From an uncultured delta proteobacterium (GTDB lineage Bacteria; Desulfobacterota; Binatia; UBA9968), in the NCBI GenBank assembly GCA_963760795.1, contig CAVXEP010000005.1, forward strand, positions 98,609 to 162,608: DNA of 64,000 nt, written 5' to 3'. Every line of letters starts with the position of its first letter. Position 1 is the stretch's first letter. Positions 48,778 to 58,879 of the stretch are shown piece after piece. The notes below the pieces were generated by a model. It did no database searches. It was not told the DNA's origin and saw only the letters and a program-made list of their open reading frames with translations. The translations under genes and the position numbers were made by a program.

Positions 48778-50515
48778 TCGCGCCGCGGCAGCTTCGCCGC
48801 GTCGCTGCCGCAAATATAACCCTGCGTCACGCAACGGCCCATGCCGTGCTGATTGAAACCCGCCGGCCGATTCACCGGCGCAGTAAAGTCCGGGAATCAC
48901 TTGCCCGTTCATGTCGACCACCTGGCAGCGCGCGTTGATGCGCAAACCAGCGCGGGTGTCATGGACGATCACCGTTCCCCAGGCCGCGTAGAACGGCGGC
49001 TTTTGGATTTTGTATTTGGGCGCGGGCTTGCCAAAATCTTGCATCCACGCCGGCGTCGACAAACGAGTTGTAGCGCGCCACCGTCGCTTGCAACGCTTCG
49101 GCGTTCATCGGTTTGGCTTGATATTCATTCTTGATCGCGGCAGCTAGTTCGGCGAGGGTGTTACCGGAGAAAAAATAACCATCGGGGTCGACGTAGGGCG
49201 GCACCACCTTCCAGCCTTCGCGCTCCACCGCGTCGGCGTCGAAGATCGCCCACTGCGGCCCGGCGCAGTAATCCGGCGCTTCGGAGTATTCATTCATCGC
49301 CAGCGCTGCGTTGACGAAATTGTATCGGGTCGGATTGTACTTGACGTTTTCCGCGTTGCGATAATCGTTGGGCTTGCAATCCGGATATTGATGTCCGTGG
49401 CTGCCATGGGGCGGATCGCCCTTGGTCTCGTCATAGAAGCGCTTGCCGACTTGGTTGACGAGAATCAAATCCTGCCAGTCCTTGACGTTGAAACCTGTGG
49501 CCTTCACCAACGGGAAGATCGGACTCTCCAGTTTCCAGGTCGTGTAGTTGTATTTTGTCGCCAGGGCGCGCTGGGAGCGCATCGTCGCGCCGTTCTCCAG
49601 CGCCTGGTGGACCAACCCCCAGAGCGAAGCGCCGACGGCCATGGCGGCGAGTTCACCGCTGGCGTCTTGGTAACTGTAAGGTTCGCCGCCAACCTGAAAC
49701 TCCGGCGTCAGGCGCGGATCGAACATGCGACGGAAATTTACGTCGCTGGTGCTGCCGCCAGTGGCGACGATGACGGCCTTGCGCGCGCGCAATCTCATCG
49801 TCGGTTTGGTGCTGTCGATATTGCCTTCGGAGCGAAAACTCTTTAGCGGCGCGGTCGCACCCGGCATGATATGCGGGTTGTACTGCGCGTCGATGCCGAT
49901 CACATGGCCGGGATTTTTTTCCGCCGATGGCTCGCGAATCAGGCTGGTCATTTTGTAATTGAGCAAAAACTTGACGCCCTTGGCCCGCGCGCTCGCCTCC
50001 AATGGCCGGATCACGCTGGTGCCGTTGGCCGCATTGGGGCTCTCCAGCCCCGCGCCTTTACTCCAAATCGCATGATTTTCCCGCGGCGCCGAGTTGCCGG
50101 TGGTCGACGCGCCTTGATTGTCCGGCGCCTTATCGGCGAACTCGACGCCATTAGCCAGTAAAAACTCAAATGCCGTGGCACAGTGATCGGCGAAAGCGCG
50201 CATCACCGCCCGGTCGTTGTAACGGAAGTCCGGTGTGCCATTGGGTTGAACGATCGACCAGTCGGTGAGATCGGAGAACACCGTGTCCGGTGAGTCGGGA
50301 ATATTATATTTCTTCTGCGCGCTGGTGCCGCCGCCCAGGGCCATATGGCCGCCGCTGATAATCGCGTGGCCGCCGACGTCGTAATTCGCTTCGACCACGA
50401 TCACCGAGGCGCCATTGTCGACGGCTTTGATCGCCGCCGGCAATCCCGCCGCGCCTGAGCCAATAATGATCACATCTGCTTCGAGATCCCAGTTGTTATT
50501 AGCTGCTTGTGCCAT
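48774..50515 (-). pseudogene. FAD-binding oxidoreductase (fumarate reductase/KstD/TcuA-like) with two frameshifts
   Basis: IIIGSGAAG, VIVATGG and ILVNQVGKRFYDE. Continues in other frames as DFGKP...HDTRAGLRIN...GLYCAGE and FNQHGMGRC...; shifts near 49045 and 48860. Confidence 0.82.
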
Positions 50516-50774
50516 GGTTCCGTCCTTCACGCATGATGTTTTTTGATTTCGCCAACCGACCGCTCGATCCCAGCCCGTATCTACGAAGATATCCCAAAGT
50601 TCAGAATCGCTTGCAACCGTACTGGCAAGCTACGACTATCTTTCCACTGCTGCTTCGATGGCGAATCGTTGCCAGCCGAAGGTTGTTCGCGTATCAAGTT
50701 GGTCAGCAGCCGATTAAGCGCTGATCGCCGAAGTTGACCCGACAAACATCAAGCAATTTTCAGGAATCATATCG

Positions 50775-52505
50775 ATGACCATACGTGGTGTGACCAAACT
50801 GCTCCTAGTCGTGCTCGCGCTCGCCATCCTGTTCTGGCCCGGCATCCAATACCACTGGGAAATAGCACACGATCGATACTTCGTACCTTTTGACGCGGCC
50901 CATGTCATTCCTCCCTTTTTTAAATTCGATCGCGGCGATCCGGTCGCAACCAACTACGTCAAAGACTACTACCTCAATGCGCTCTCCCCGCTTTTGTACA
51001 AAGGATCGATTTGGCTTGGCGGCCAGTTTGCCGATGTGCGCCATTTTAAGCTCGCCATGTTGTACCTGGCCTACGCCGTTTTCATCGCTATCTTAGGCCG
51101 CTTGGGCTGGCTGTTGGGCGGCGCGGCGCTGAGCTTTGCCGTGATGGCGTTCACCATCACGGCGTGGATCTACATCGGGTTGGGCTTTCTCGGCGCCACC
51201 CCGCGCTTGTACGCATACCCGGTGATTGCGTTGATACTCTATGCGCTACTCCGCGACCGTCCATGGTTCCTGGCGGTCACCACCATCGTCAGTGGAATGC
51301 TCTATCCCATCGTCGCCACCATCGCCGGCTTGTGCCTGGCGAGCTGGCTGCTCGTTAAGCCTTTATCGGCCCAGGGATCGGTGGCGCGCTGGCGCTGGCC
51401 GCGCCGCTTGGCAACTGTCGCGCTGACCGGCTTTTTGACACTGGCTGGGCTGCTACCGATGTGGCTTGACAGCCAGCCCTACGGCCGGCGCGTGGTTGCC
51501 GCCGACATCGCGCTCTATCCCGAGGCTGGGCCCGAAGGCAATTACCGCGCCTATGACCAGTTACCCTACAAACTTTTCGGCAACGAATGGGCAGCCTATT
51601 TCGTCGGGCCGCTGTACAGCCACGGCGATCCGATTGCGCCATGGTTCAACGTCCATAAGAAATTAGCGCCAGGAGCTTTGCTGTTCGTCTTCGCCCTCAC
51701 CGGCCTCGTTATCGTGATCGTCATTTGCGCCGGCGCAAGAGTCATGCTCAAGGAAGATTCCCGTGGCAGCGCGCCGCGGCTCATCGGCTTCTTCGTCGTC
51801 TGCCTCGTGTTGCACGTATTTGCTTGGCTGGGCGCGCCGCATTTGTATATTCCGACCCGCTTCTTTATGTATTCCCTGCCGTTTCTCATCACCCTGATAT
51901 TACCCTGGTCGCTCTACCTCTTGCTCGGTCGAGTGACGCAACTGCGCTCCTCGGCCAAATTACGTAGCTTGACCTTTTTGGCCATTATCGCAATCTACCT
52001 CATGGCGTTTGGCGGCAGGGGCAACGTCAAATTCGCGTCATCTTCCGAACATCAACTGCCCAAGCCAATCGCCGACGCCATCGCAGCTTTACCAAAAGAC
52101 GTGTTAATCGCCGGCTGGCCTGCTGCAACGATAAGAAACGTCGAATACATTACCCGCCGCAACGTTTTTTTGACCGCGGCGACACATCATGTGCTGCATT
52201 TGACTTACATGAACCTGATGCGCGAACGGATGAACGCCATGTTCGACGCCTACTTAAGCGTCGATGCCGCGCCGCTCATCCGCTTGCGACAAGAGTTTGG
52301 CGTCACTCACCTGTTAGTGGAGACGCGTGACTTCACCGATCCAAACCACGCGCCGGAATACTTCGCGCCCTGGCGCGAGCGCATCGCGCCCCGGTTGGCC
52401 GAGATCAAGGGGAAAGAGTATCTGATGAATCCAACGCTGCATCAAAAAGCTGCCATGTTTAACCATGACGGCATGATCTTGCTAGACCTGGGGAAATTAC
52501 CGTAA
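50775..52505 (+). CDS. Polytopic membrane protein, possibly GT-C-like glycosyltransferase
   Basis: 576 aa with many TM segments, an N-terminal periplasmic loop and a soluble C-terminus (FGVTHLLVE). Confidence 0.55.
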   Translation: MTIRGVTKLLLVVLALAILFWPGIQYHWEIAHDRYFVPFDAAHVIPPFFKFDRGDPVATNYVKDYYLNALSPLLYKGSIWLGGQFADVRHFKLAMLYLAYAVFIAILGRLGWLLGGAALSFAVMAFTITAWIYIGLGFLGATPRLYAYPVIALILYALLRDRPWFLAVTTIVSGMLYPIVATIAGLCLASWLLVKPLSAQGSVARWRWPRRLATVALTGFLTLAGLLPMWLDSQPYGRRVVAADIALYPEAGPEGNYRAYDQLPYKLFGNEWAAYFVGPLYSHGDPIAPWFNVHKKLAPGALLFVFALTGLVIVIVICAGARVMLKEDSRGSAPRLIGFFVVCLVLHVFAWLGAPHLYIPTRFFMYSLPFLITLILPWSLYLLLGRVTQLRSSAKLRSLTFLAIIAIYLMAFGGRGNVKFASSSEHQLPKPIADAIAALPKDVLIAGWPAATIRNVEYITRRNVFLTAATHHVLHLTYMNLMRERMNAMFDAYLSVDAAPLIRLRQEFGVTHLLVETRDFTDPNHAPEYFAPWRERIAPRLAEIKGKEYLMNPTLHQKAAMFNHDGMILLDLGKLP

Positions 52506-52557
52506 TAATAAGTGAGCAAGTTTCTTTTCAGCGAAGACAGGGAAACAAGGAGGCAGC

Positions 52558-53754
52558 ATGACCACGAGCAGCGTTAAAAAATACAACGTCGGCGGCGTCG
52601 CCCTCGACCGGCCGTTTAAGATTCTTCGCCTCGGTCACTTTGGTTTCAACGCCGCAGACTTGGAAGCCAGCCGGCGTTTCTATTTCGACTTACTCGGCTT
52701 CTTTATTACTGAACCCGCCGGCGCCGGCTACTTCGGCCGCCACGCCGGCGATCATCACTCGTTCGCCCTGTTCGAGAAAAAGAAATTCAACCAGCGCCAA
52801 TACGCCGGCGATAACGCCAAACATTTCCGCGAAGAAAACGACATCAATCAAATCACCTGGCAGGTCCAAAGCGTCGCCGAGATGGCCGGCGCAACCAAAT
52901 ATTTTCACGACATCGGCGTCGAGGTCATGCGCGAGGGGCGCGCTGGTGGCGGCGGTTCGCAATTTCACCTCTACGTCTGGGCGCCGGACGAACAAATCTT
53001 CGAACTTTATTATGGCATCGAGCAGATCAGCTGGAACGGCTACGCCCGCCCAGTCGCCATGCGCCATGGCTCTGAGGTAGCGCCCAACGACCCCCAGCTG
53101 CCGGACTACCAGCTCATCACCGATGACATAAACAAAGGCATTCCCGTCCTCGACGGCGCCCGTTACGTCAGCGAGATGCCGCTAAAGTACGACGTCGACG
53201 GCGTGCTGCTGCCGCAACCCTTCAAGATCACCCGCGTCGGTCCGGTGAAGCTGTTCGTCGACGATTATGAGAAACTCAAGCGCTGGCACACGGAAGTTCT
53301 GGGATTTACCTTGACCGAAGAAGTGCTCTGGCAGGGCGAACGATGCGCCTTCCTGCGCTGCAACAACGAACATCATTCGCTGGGAATTTTCCCCAAATCA
53401 TGGCGCAAAAAGCTCGGCCTGAGCGAAACCACGTCGAATCTGTCCTTCGGCCTGCAATTGGCCAATTACCGGCAGCTGCAAGACGCGGTGAAGTTCCTGC
53501 GCGGCCACGGCGTGCGCGTCGAGACCGATATCATCCCGCCGGAACTTCATCCGGGCATCGACTACGCCGCCTACGCCTTCGACCCCGACGGCCATTGCCT
53601 CGAGCTTTACTACTCCATGGAGCAGGTGGGCTGGGACGGCAAACCGCGGCCGCAAGAATTGCGCCGCAAAGTCGATCCGAACCACTGGCCGGACATCCTC
53701 GAACCGCTATCGGACACTTACACCGGCGAACCGTACATCGGCCCCTGGGCGTAA
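52558..53754 (+). CDS. VOC/glyoxalase family protein (extradiol dioxygenase-like)
   Basis: RLGHFG, DHHS, NEHHSL and DPDGHCLELY; two modules. Confidence 0.87.
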   Translation: MTTSSVKKYNVGGVALDRPFKILRLGHFGFNAADLEASRRFYFDLLGFFITEPAGAGYFGRHAGDHHSFALFEKKKFNQRQYAGDNAKHFREENDINQITWQVQSVAEMAGATKYFHDIGVEVMREGRAGGGGSQFHLYVWAPDEQIFELYYGIEQISWNGYARPVAMRHGSEVAPNDPQLPDYQLITDDINKGIPVLDGARYVSEMPLKYDVDGVLLPQPFKITRVGPVKLFVDDYEKLKRWHTEVLGFTLTEEVLWQGERCAFLRCNNEHHSLGIFPKSWRKKLGLSETTSNLSFGLQLANYRQLQDAVKFLRGHGVRVETDIIPPELHPGIDYAAYAFDPDGHCLELYYSMEQVGWDGKPRPQELRRKVDPNHWPDILEPLSDTYTGEPYIGPWA

Positions 53755-53756
53755 GA

Positions 53757-53848
53757 GGGCGAGGAGTGAGTAGTCAGAAGTAAGGGGTCCGGAGTCGCTC
53801 AAGGCCGATCCGGCCCACTCCTCACTCCTAACTACTTACTCCTAACTT
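53757..53848. repeat. 7-bp-periodic inverted repeat (GAGTGAG-type)
   Basis: gggcgag gagtgag tagtcag aagtaag ... cccactc ctcactc ctaacta cttactc ctaactt. Confidence 0.75.
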
Positions 53849-53962
53849 CCCCGACGCCAATTGTCTTACGCCGTCGAATTGTAATATATATCTCCCAGCC
53901 AAAGGACCGCTGACCGGCTGTTGCCAGGAGACCGGATTTGCCGATTTGAAAGGGGTGAATTT

Positions 53963-55657
53963 ATGTTTGCGTTAATGATGCGTAATCCAGCCCAGATCAT
54001 GTTTCTGCTCACCGGCGTGACGCTGGCTTATTTGGTCCTGCCGCCGTTCTTTTTCATCCTGCATACGAGCTTGGTCACCGACCGAGGGTTGCAGGCCGGC
54101 AGCTTCACGATTCAGCATTTCGCCAACATCGTCGACTCCCTCGGCGATGTAAAAACCCTGCTGACCAACTCGCTGATTTACTCCTTTGGCAGTTCCGCCG
54201 TCGCGCTGGTTTACGGCACCGCTCTGGCCTGGCTCGCCGAACGGAGCGACGCGCCGTTCCGCAAACTCGCCTATATCTCCGCCTACGTGTCCTTCGCCAT
54301 TCCCGGCATCATCAAAGTCGTCGGCTGGATCATGCTGCTCGGCCCCAAAGCCGGCATGTTGAACGCGCCGGTGATCGCCTACACCGGCCAGCCGCTGTTT
54401 AATATCTTTTCCATGAGCGGCATGGTTCTGGTCGAAAGTTTTCTCTGGATCCCGATCGTATTCTTGCTGATGTCGACGCCGTTTCGCTCCATGGACCCGT
54501 CGTTGGAAGAAGCCGCCACCACCGCCGGCAGCACCGGCTGGCAAGTCTTCCGCCGCGTCACCTTCCCGCTGGCATTGCCGAGCGTGCTGGCGGTGCTGAT
54601 CCTGACGATCATCCGCTCCCTCGAAGCCTTCGAGATTCCCGCGTTGATCGGCATTCCCGCCGGCGTCGAAGTGCTGACGACGAAAATCTATCTGCAAATC
54701 AAAGGCGGCTTAATTCCCAAATACGGCGAAGCGAGCGCCTATTCGATCATTCTCATCGGCCTGGTCGCCTTGGGCTTGATCCCCTACTACCGGATCACCA
54801 GCAAGACCTACAAGTTCACCACCATCAGCGGCAAAAACTTCCGCCCGACCCGAGTCGCGCTGGGTAAATGGCGCTGGTTCGGCGGCCTGCTAATGCTCGT
54901 GCTGCCGCTGCTGCAATTTTTTCCGATCATCGCGATCACCTGGTCTTCTTTCTTGCCCTTCGCCCAGGCGCCGTCGCGCAAGGCGCTGGAGCTGCTTACA
55001 CTGAATAATTACGTCACCGCCTTCAACGACAGCGGCATCATCCGTTCGGTGATGAACAGCCTTACCGTGAGCATCACTTCGGCGACCATCGCGGTGATCA
55101 TCACCTTTTTGGCCGCCTGGATCATCGTTCGCGCGTCGATCAAAGCGCGCTGGATTCTCGACCACATGGCGATGCTGCCTTTGGTGTTTCCCGGCATCGT
55201 CATGGGCATCGCGATCTTGAAAATGTATCTCTACCTGCCGGTTCCAGTGTACGGCACGATCTGGATTCTCGTGCTGGCGTTCGTCGCCCGTTACCTGCCC
55301 TATGGCATCCGCTTCAGCCACTCGGCGCTGTTGAGCCTGCACAAAGAGCTCGAAGAAGGCGCCATGACCAGCGGCGCCACCTGGTTCCAAATGGTTCGCC
55401 ATGTCGTCATCCCGCTAATCATGCCGGCACTGCTAGCGGGGTGGATTTACATTTTCCTGATCACCTTCAAAGAGCTGTCCATCGCCCTGTTGCTCTACTC
55501 GCCCGGCTCGCAGGTGGTCGCCGTGACGATCTGGGAGCTCTGGGACAACGGTCATGTCGGCGAGCTTGCCGCCTTCAGTCTGGTGATCACCATCGGCACC
55601 GTCGTGGTCGGCTCGACCTTCCGCGCCGTCGCCCAGCGCTACGGACTACAAGATTGA
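53963..55657 (+). CDS. Fe3+/thiamine-type ABC transporter permease (fused double module)
   Basis: Two EAA loops (SLEEAA, ELEEGA) and about 12 TM segments. Confidence 0.92.
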   Translation: MFALMMRNPAQIMFLLTGVTLAYLVLPPFFFILHTSLVTDRGLQAGSFTIQHFANIVDSLGDVKTLLTNSLIYSFGSSAVALVYGTALAWLAERSDAPFRKLAYISAYVSFAIPGIIKVVGWIMLLGPKAGMLNAPVIAYTGQPLFNIFSMSGMVLVESFLWIPIVFLLMSTPFRSMDPSLEEAATTAGSTGWQVFRRVTFPLALPSVLAVLILTIIRSLEAFEIPALIGIPAGVEVLTTKIYLQIKGGLIPKYGEASAYSIILIGLVALGLIPYYRITSKTYKFTTISGKNFRPTRVALGKWRWFGGLLMLVLPLLQFFPIIAITWSSFLPFAQAPSRKALELLTLNNYVTAFNDSGIIRSVMNSLTVSITSATIAVIITFLAAWIIVRASIKARWILDHMAMLPLVFPGIVMGIAILKMYLYLPVPVYGTIWILVLAFVARYLPYGIRFSHSALLSLHKELEEGAMTSGATWFQMVRHVVIPLIMPALLAGWIYIFLITFKELSIALLLYSPGSQVVAVTIWELWDNGHVGELAAFSLVITIGTVVVGSTFRAVAQRYGLQD

Positions 55658-55676
55658 TAATCCTTGCATGCTCCGG

Positions 55677-55743
55677 TTGAACCTTGAACTTTTGCGCCTT
55701 GAACGACCCGCGTCGTTCAAAGGTTCAATGGTTCAAGGTTCAA
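55677..55743. repeat. TTGAACC-type periodic inverted repeat
   Basis: ttgaacc ttgaact ... ttgaacg ... cgttcaa aggttcaa tggttcaa ggttcaa. Half-elements also occur at ~13240 and ~56893. Confidence 0.75.
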
Positions 55744-55768
55744 AGACAGCGGCTGAAATTTTGGAGGT

Positions 55769-56782
55769 TTGATCGTGGAATTCACCATCATCGACGCCGA
55801 CGCCCACCACTTGGACGGCGCGGCCTATAAACAATACTTGCCGGAAAAGTTTCGCATCCGCAGCGGGCCGTATTTTCCATCCTTCGGTTGGGACATTTTT
55901 TTGAATGACACCACCGGCAGAAAGCCGGCCAACCCGGCGGAATACTGCAAAGACCTCGACGTCGAAAAGATCGGCGACGCGGTCGCCTATCCCAGTAACG
56001 CGCTGGCCATCGGACTCGTGCGTGAACTCGACCTCGCCGTGGAACTGGCCAAAGCCTACAACGACTGGGCTGACGATTTCTGCAAACAAAGCGGCGGTCG
56101 CGTCAAGTACGCCGCCGTGATCGCGCCGCAAGTCGTGGCTGAAGCGGCGAAAGAAGTCCGCCGCGCCGTCACCGAGAAAGGCGCCGTCGGCGTCATGATG
56201 CCGACCTACGTGCAGCAAGGCCTCGACTTGGGCCAGCCCCAGTTCGACCCAATCTACGCCGCGGCGCAGGACCTAGGCGTGCCCATCGGCTTTCACGCCA
56301 CAGCCCAAGTCGCCGTCGGCAACACCCGTTTTCATAAATACATCGGCGTGCACATGACATCGCACCCGTTCGAACAGATGCTGTCGGTGGTGTCGGTCAT
56401 CTCCAACGGCGTGCTCGACCGTTTTCCCAAGCTCAAAGTGGGCTTCCTCGAAGCCGGCGTCGGCTTTCTGCCCTATTGGATGGAGCGCTTCGACGAGAAA
56501 TATCTGATTAGAAAAGCCGAGATGGAGCCGCTCAAAATGCTCCCCAGCGAATATATCAAAGACCACCGCTGCTACTTCACCTGCGAAGGCGAAGAGTCGG
56601 CGCTGCCGTTGGTCATCGAACAGTTCGGCGACGAGTGCATGATGTACGCGTCGGATTATCCCCACTGGGACATGGAGTGGCCGCACAGCGTCAGCCAAGT
56701 GGTCAAACGCAAAGACATCTCGGACGAGACCAAGCAGAAAATCCTCGCCGGCAACGCCAAAAGCTTTTACCGGTTTGCTTAG
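55769..56782 (+). CDS. Amidohydrolase_2 family protein
   Basis: DADAH, AYNDW, GFH, FLEAG and ASDYPHWD. Confidence 0.92.
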   Translation: MIVEFTIIDADAHHLDGAAYKQYLPEKFRIRSGPYFPSFGWDIFLNDTTGRKPANPAEYCKDLDVEKIGDAVAYPSNALAIGLVRELDLAVELAKAYNDWADDFCKQSGGRVKYAAVIAPQVVAEAAKEVRRAVTEKGAVGVMMPTYVQQGLDLGQPQFDPIYAAAQDLGVPIGFHATAQVAVGNTRFHKYIGVHMTSHPFEQMLSVVSVISNGVLDRFPKLKVGFLEAGVGFLPYWMERFDEKYLIRKAEMEPLKMLPSEYIKDHRCYFTCEGEESALPLVIEQFGDECMMYASDYPHWDMEWPHSVSQVVKRKDISDETKQKILAGNAKSFYRFA

Positions 56783-56805
56783 TAGAGAGTCGTCATCGCC
56801 AACGG

Positions 56806-56871
56806 TGTCATCTCGAACGAAGTGAGAGATCTATGCAAAAAAAGATTTCTCGGTTTGACCTCGAAATGACA
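56806..56871. repeat. GTCAT...ATGAC palindromic element
   Basis: TGTCATCTCGAACGAAGTGAGAGATCT...AGATTTCTC...TCGAAATGACA. Confidence 0.75.
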
Positions 56872-56949
56872 GATTAGCATTTCACCGACGATTTGAACGG
56901 CTTGAACTTTTGAACGATTTGAACGAAACTAAACCCACGGAGAAATTAC

Positions 56950-57762
56950 ATGTCCGACCTGAAACAAATCACCGCCAACATCGACGAAAACATCGGCATC
57001 GCCTGGCTGACCTTCAATCGGCCGGAAAAGAAAAACGCCCTGAGCGTCGCCCTGCTCGCCGAGATCGCGACCACCCTGCGCGAGCTGGCCAATAACGACA
57101 AGATTCGCTGCATCGTCACCGCCGGCGCCGGCGACTCCTATTCTTCGGGCCGCGATCTTTACGACATGCGCGGCCAGGACAACCGGCGGCGCACCCGCGG
57201 CTTCGGCGGCGTCGCCGAGATCGTCGACATCATGCGTAGACTGCCGCAAGTCACCGTCGCCAAAGTGCGCGGCTGGTGCCTGGGCGGCGGTCTAGCGATG
57301 ATCAACGGTCACGATCTCGTCATCAGCTCCGACACGGCAAAGTTCGGCATGCCCGAAGTGATCCGCGGCAGCTACGGCGCCACCGCGACGCCGTCGCTCT
57401 TTCACGCGGGAATCCCGTTCAAGAAAGCTTTCTTTATCTCACTCACGGGAAGAAATCTCACCGGTGTCGAAGCCGAGCGCGTCGGTTTGGTTTCCGACGT
57501 CGTGCCGGAAAAAGACTTGGACAGCTACGTCGACACCCTGGCGAAAGAACTCGCCAGCCGCAACGGCCCGACCTTGGAGAACGCCAAGATCGCCGCCTAC
57601 ATGCAAAAAGATTTGCCCTTCGACATGGCGCTGCGCGCCGACGACCTGGTGCAACACCGCCTGCGCTATTACACCAATCCATTGAACGACGTCGAAGGCT
57701 ACCTGCACTCGCAAAAAGGCGGCGGCACGGTGAAATACGTCAAGCCGGAAGATCGCAAGTAA
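56950..57762 (+). CDS. Enoyl-CoA hydratase/isomerase family protein
   Basis: FNRPEKKNAL, SSGRDL, CLGGG and FGMPE. Confidence 0.92.
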   Translation: MSDLKQITANIDENIGIAWLTFNRPEKKNALSVALLAEIATTLRELANNDKIRCIVTAGAGDSYSSGRDLYDMRGQDNRRRTRGFGGVAEIVDIMRRLPQVTVAKVRGWCLGGGLAMINGHDLVISSDTAKFGMPEVIRGSYGATATPSLFHAGIPFKKAFFISLTGRNLTGVEAERVGLVSDVVPEKDLDSYVDTLAKELASRNGPTLENAKIAAYMQKDLPFDMALRADDLVQHRLRYYTNPLNDVEGYLHSQKGGGTVKYVKPEDRK

Positions 57763-57837
57763 CTAACCTTCGGCTTGCGGATAAAGCGTCAATGCTTTGT
57801 CCATGACAATATGGTCCGTCGATCAAAGAGGAGCAGG

Positions 57838-58857
57838 ATGAAGATTCGCTTGCGCTGCCTTTCGGTCCTCGTTGTCTTTTCGGTCATCGGTTCGCAGGCG
57901 CCAGATCTATACTCTCAGGTTACCCCGCAGGCCAAACTGATCGAAGGCGCCAAGAAGGAGAGCCGATTCGTTTGGTACACTTCGATGGCCATCGATCTTT
58001 CCAGGCCGTTGCTCGACGCCTTCACGAAAGAATATCCGTTTCTCAAAGGCGAGGTGGTGCGCGCCGGCAACGAGCAAATTACCAACCGGGTGTTGAACGA
58101 AACGCGAGCGGGCAAGTGGGCGTTCGATCTGCTCAGCATCAGCAGCGTGGAGCTTTTCGTCGACCGGGGAATTCTTACGCCCTATCTTTCGCCGGAACGG
58201 GATGCCTACATCGACGAATTCAAAGACCCGCAGGGCCATTGGACGAGTCTTTACAACAGCAATCTCGTGCTCATGTACAACACCCGCTTGGTCCATGAAA
58301 GAGACGTCCCAAGAAATTATCCCGACCTGCTGGACGCCAAGTGGAAAGGCAAACTGCTCATGGACTCCACTGATTACGACTGGTTTGGCACTCTCGCGCT
58401 GGCGTGGGGGAAAACCCGAGCGGTCAATTACATGAAGCAGTTAGCGCGCCAGGACTTAACTTGGCGCCGCGGTCATGGTTTGGTCGCCCAATTGATCGGC
58501 GCGGGTGAATTGCCGCTGGGCTGGGCTTATACCTTCCGCGTCGAACGTATGAAAAAAGAGGGAGCGCCGGTGGATTGGTCCGACACCTTCGATCCCATCG
58601 TCACGACGGTACACGGCATCGGCGTCAGCAGCAAAGCGGCCAGCCCGAATAGCGCCAGGCTTTTCGTCGACTTCGCCCTCAGCCGGCGCAGCCAACAGAT
58701 GATTCGCGACCTGCGTTTGGTGCCGTCGCGCCGGGATGTCGAACCGTTGGTCGCCAAGATGGACCAGAACCGGCTAAAGATAAAACGTATCCCGAAAGAA
58801 GTGTCGTTGAATACCGATCAGCACGCCAAAGAGTTCCGTGAGCTTTTCGGCATCTAA
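57838..58857 (+). CDS. ABC substrate-binding protein (AfuA-like), paralog of 17317-18327
   Basis: WYTSMA, LMDSTDYDWFG and WRRGHGL shared with 17317-18327. Confidence 0.88.
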   Translation: MKIRLRCLSVLVVFSVIGSQAPDLYSQVTPQAKLIEGAKKESRFVWYTSMAIDLSRPLLDAFTKEYPFLKGEVVRAGNEQITNRVLNETRAGKWAFDLLSISSVELFVDRGILTPYLSPERDAYIDEFKDPQGHWTSLYNSNLVLMYNTRLVHERDVPRNYPDLLDAKWKGKLLMDSTDYDWFGTLALAWGKTRAVNYMKQLARQDLTWRRGHGLVAQLIGAGELPLGWAYTFRVERMKKEGAPVDWSDTFDPIVTTVHGIGVSSKAASPNSARLFVDFALSRRSQQMIRDLRLVPSRRDVEPLVAKMDQNRLKIKRIPKEVSLNTDQHAKEFRELFGI

Positions 58858-58879
58858 CCGCAAGTAACCAGGAGGCTCG

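Noticed and set aside
53880-53962. Possible riboswitch upstream of the ABC permease
   Set aside because: I could not match TPP, cobalamin or other aptamer consensus motifs; an Rfam/Infernal scan would settle it.
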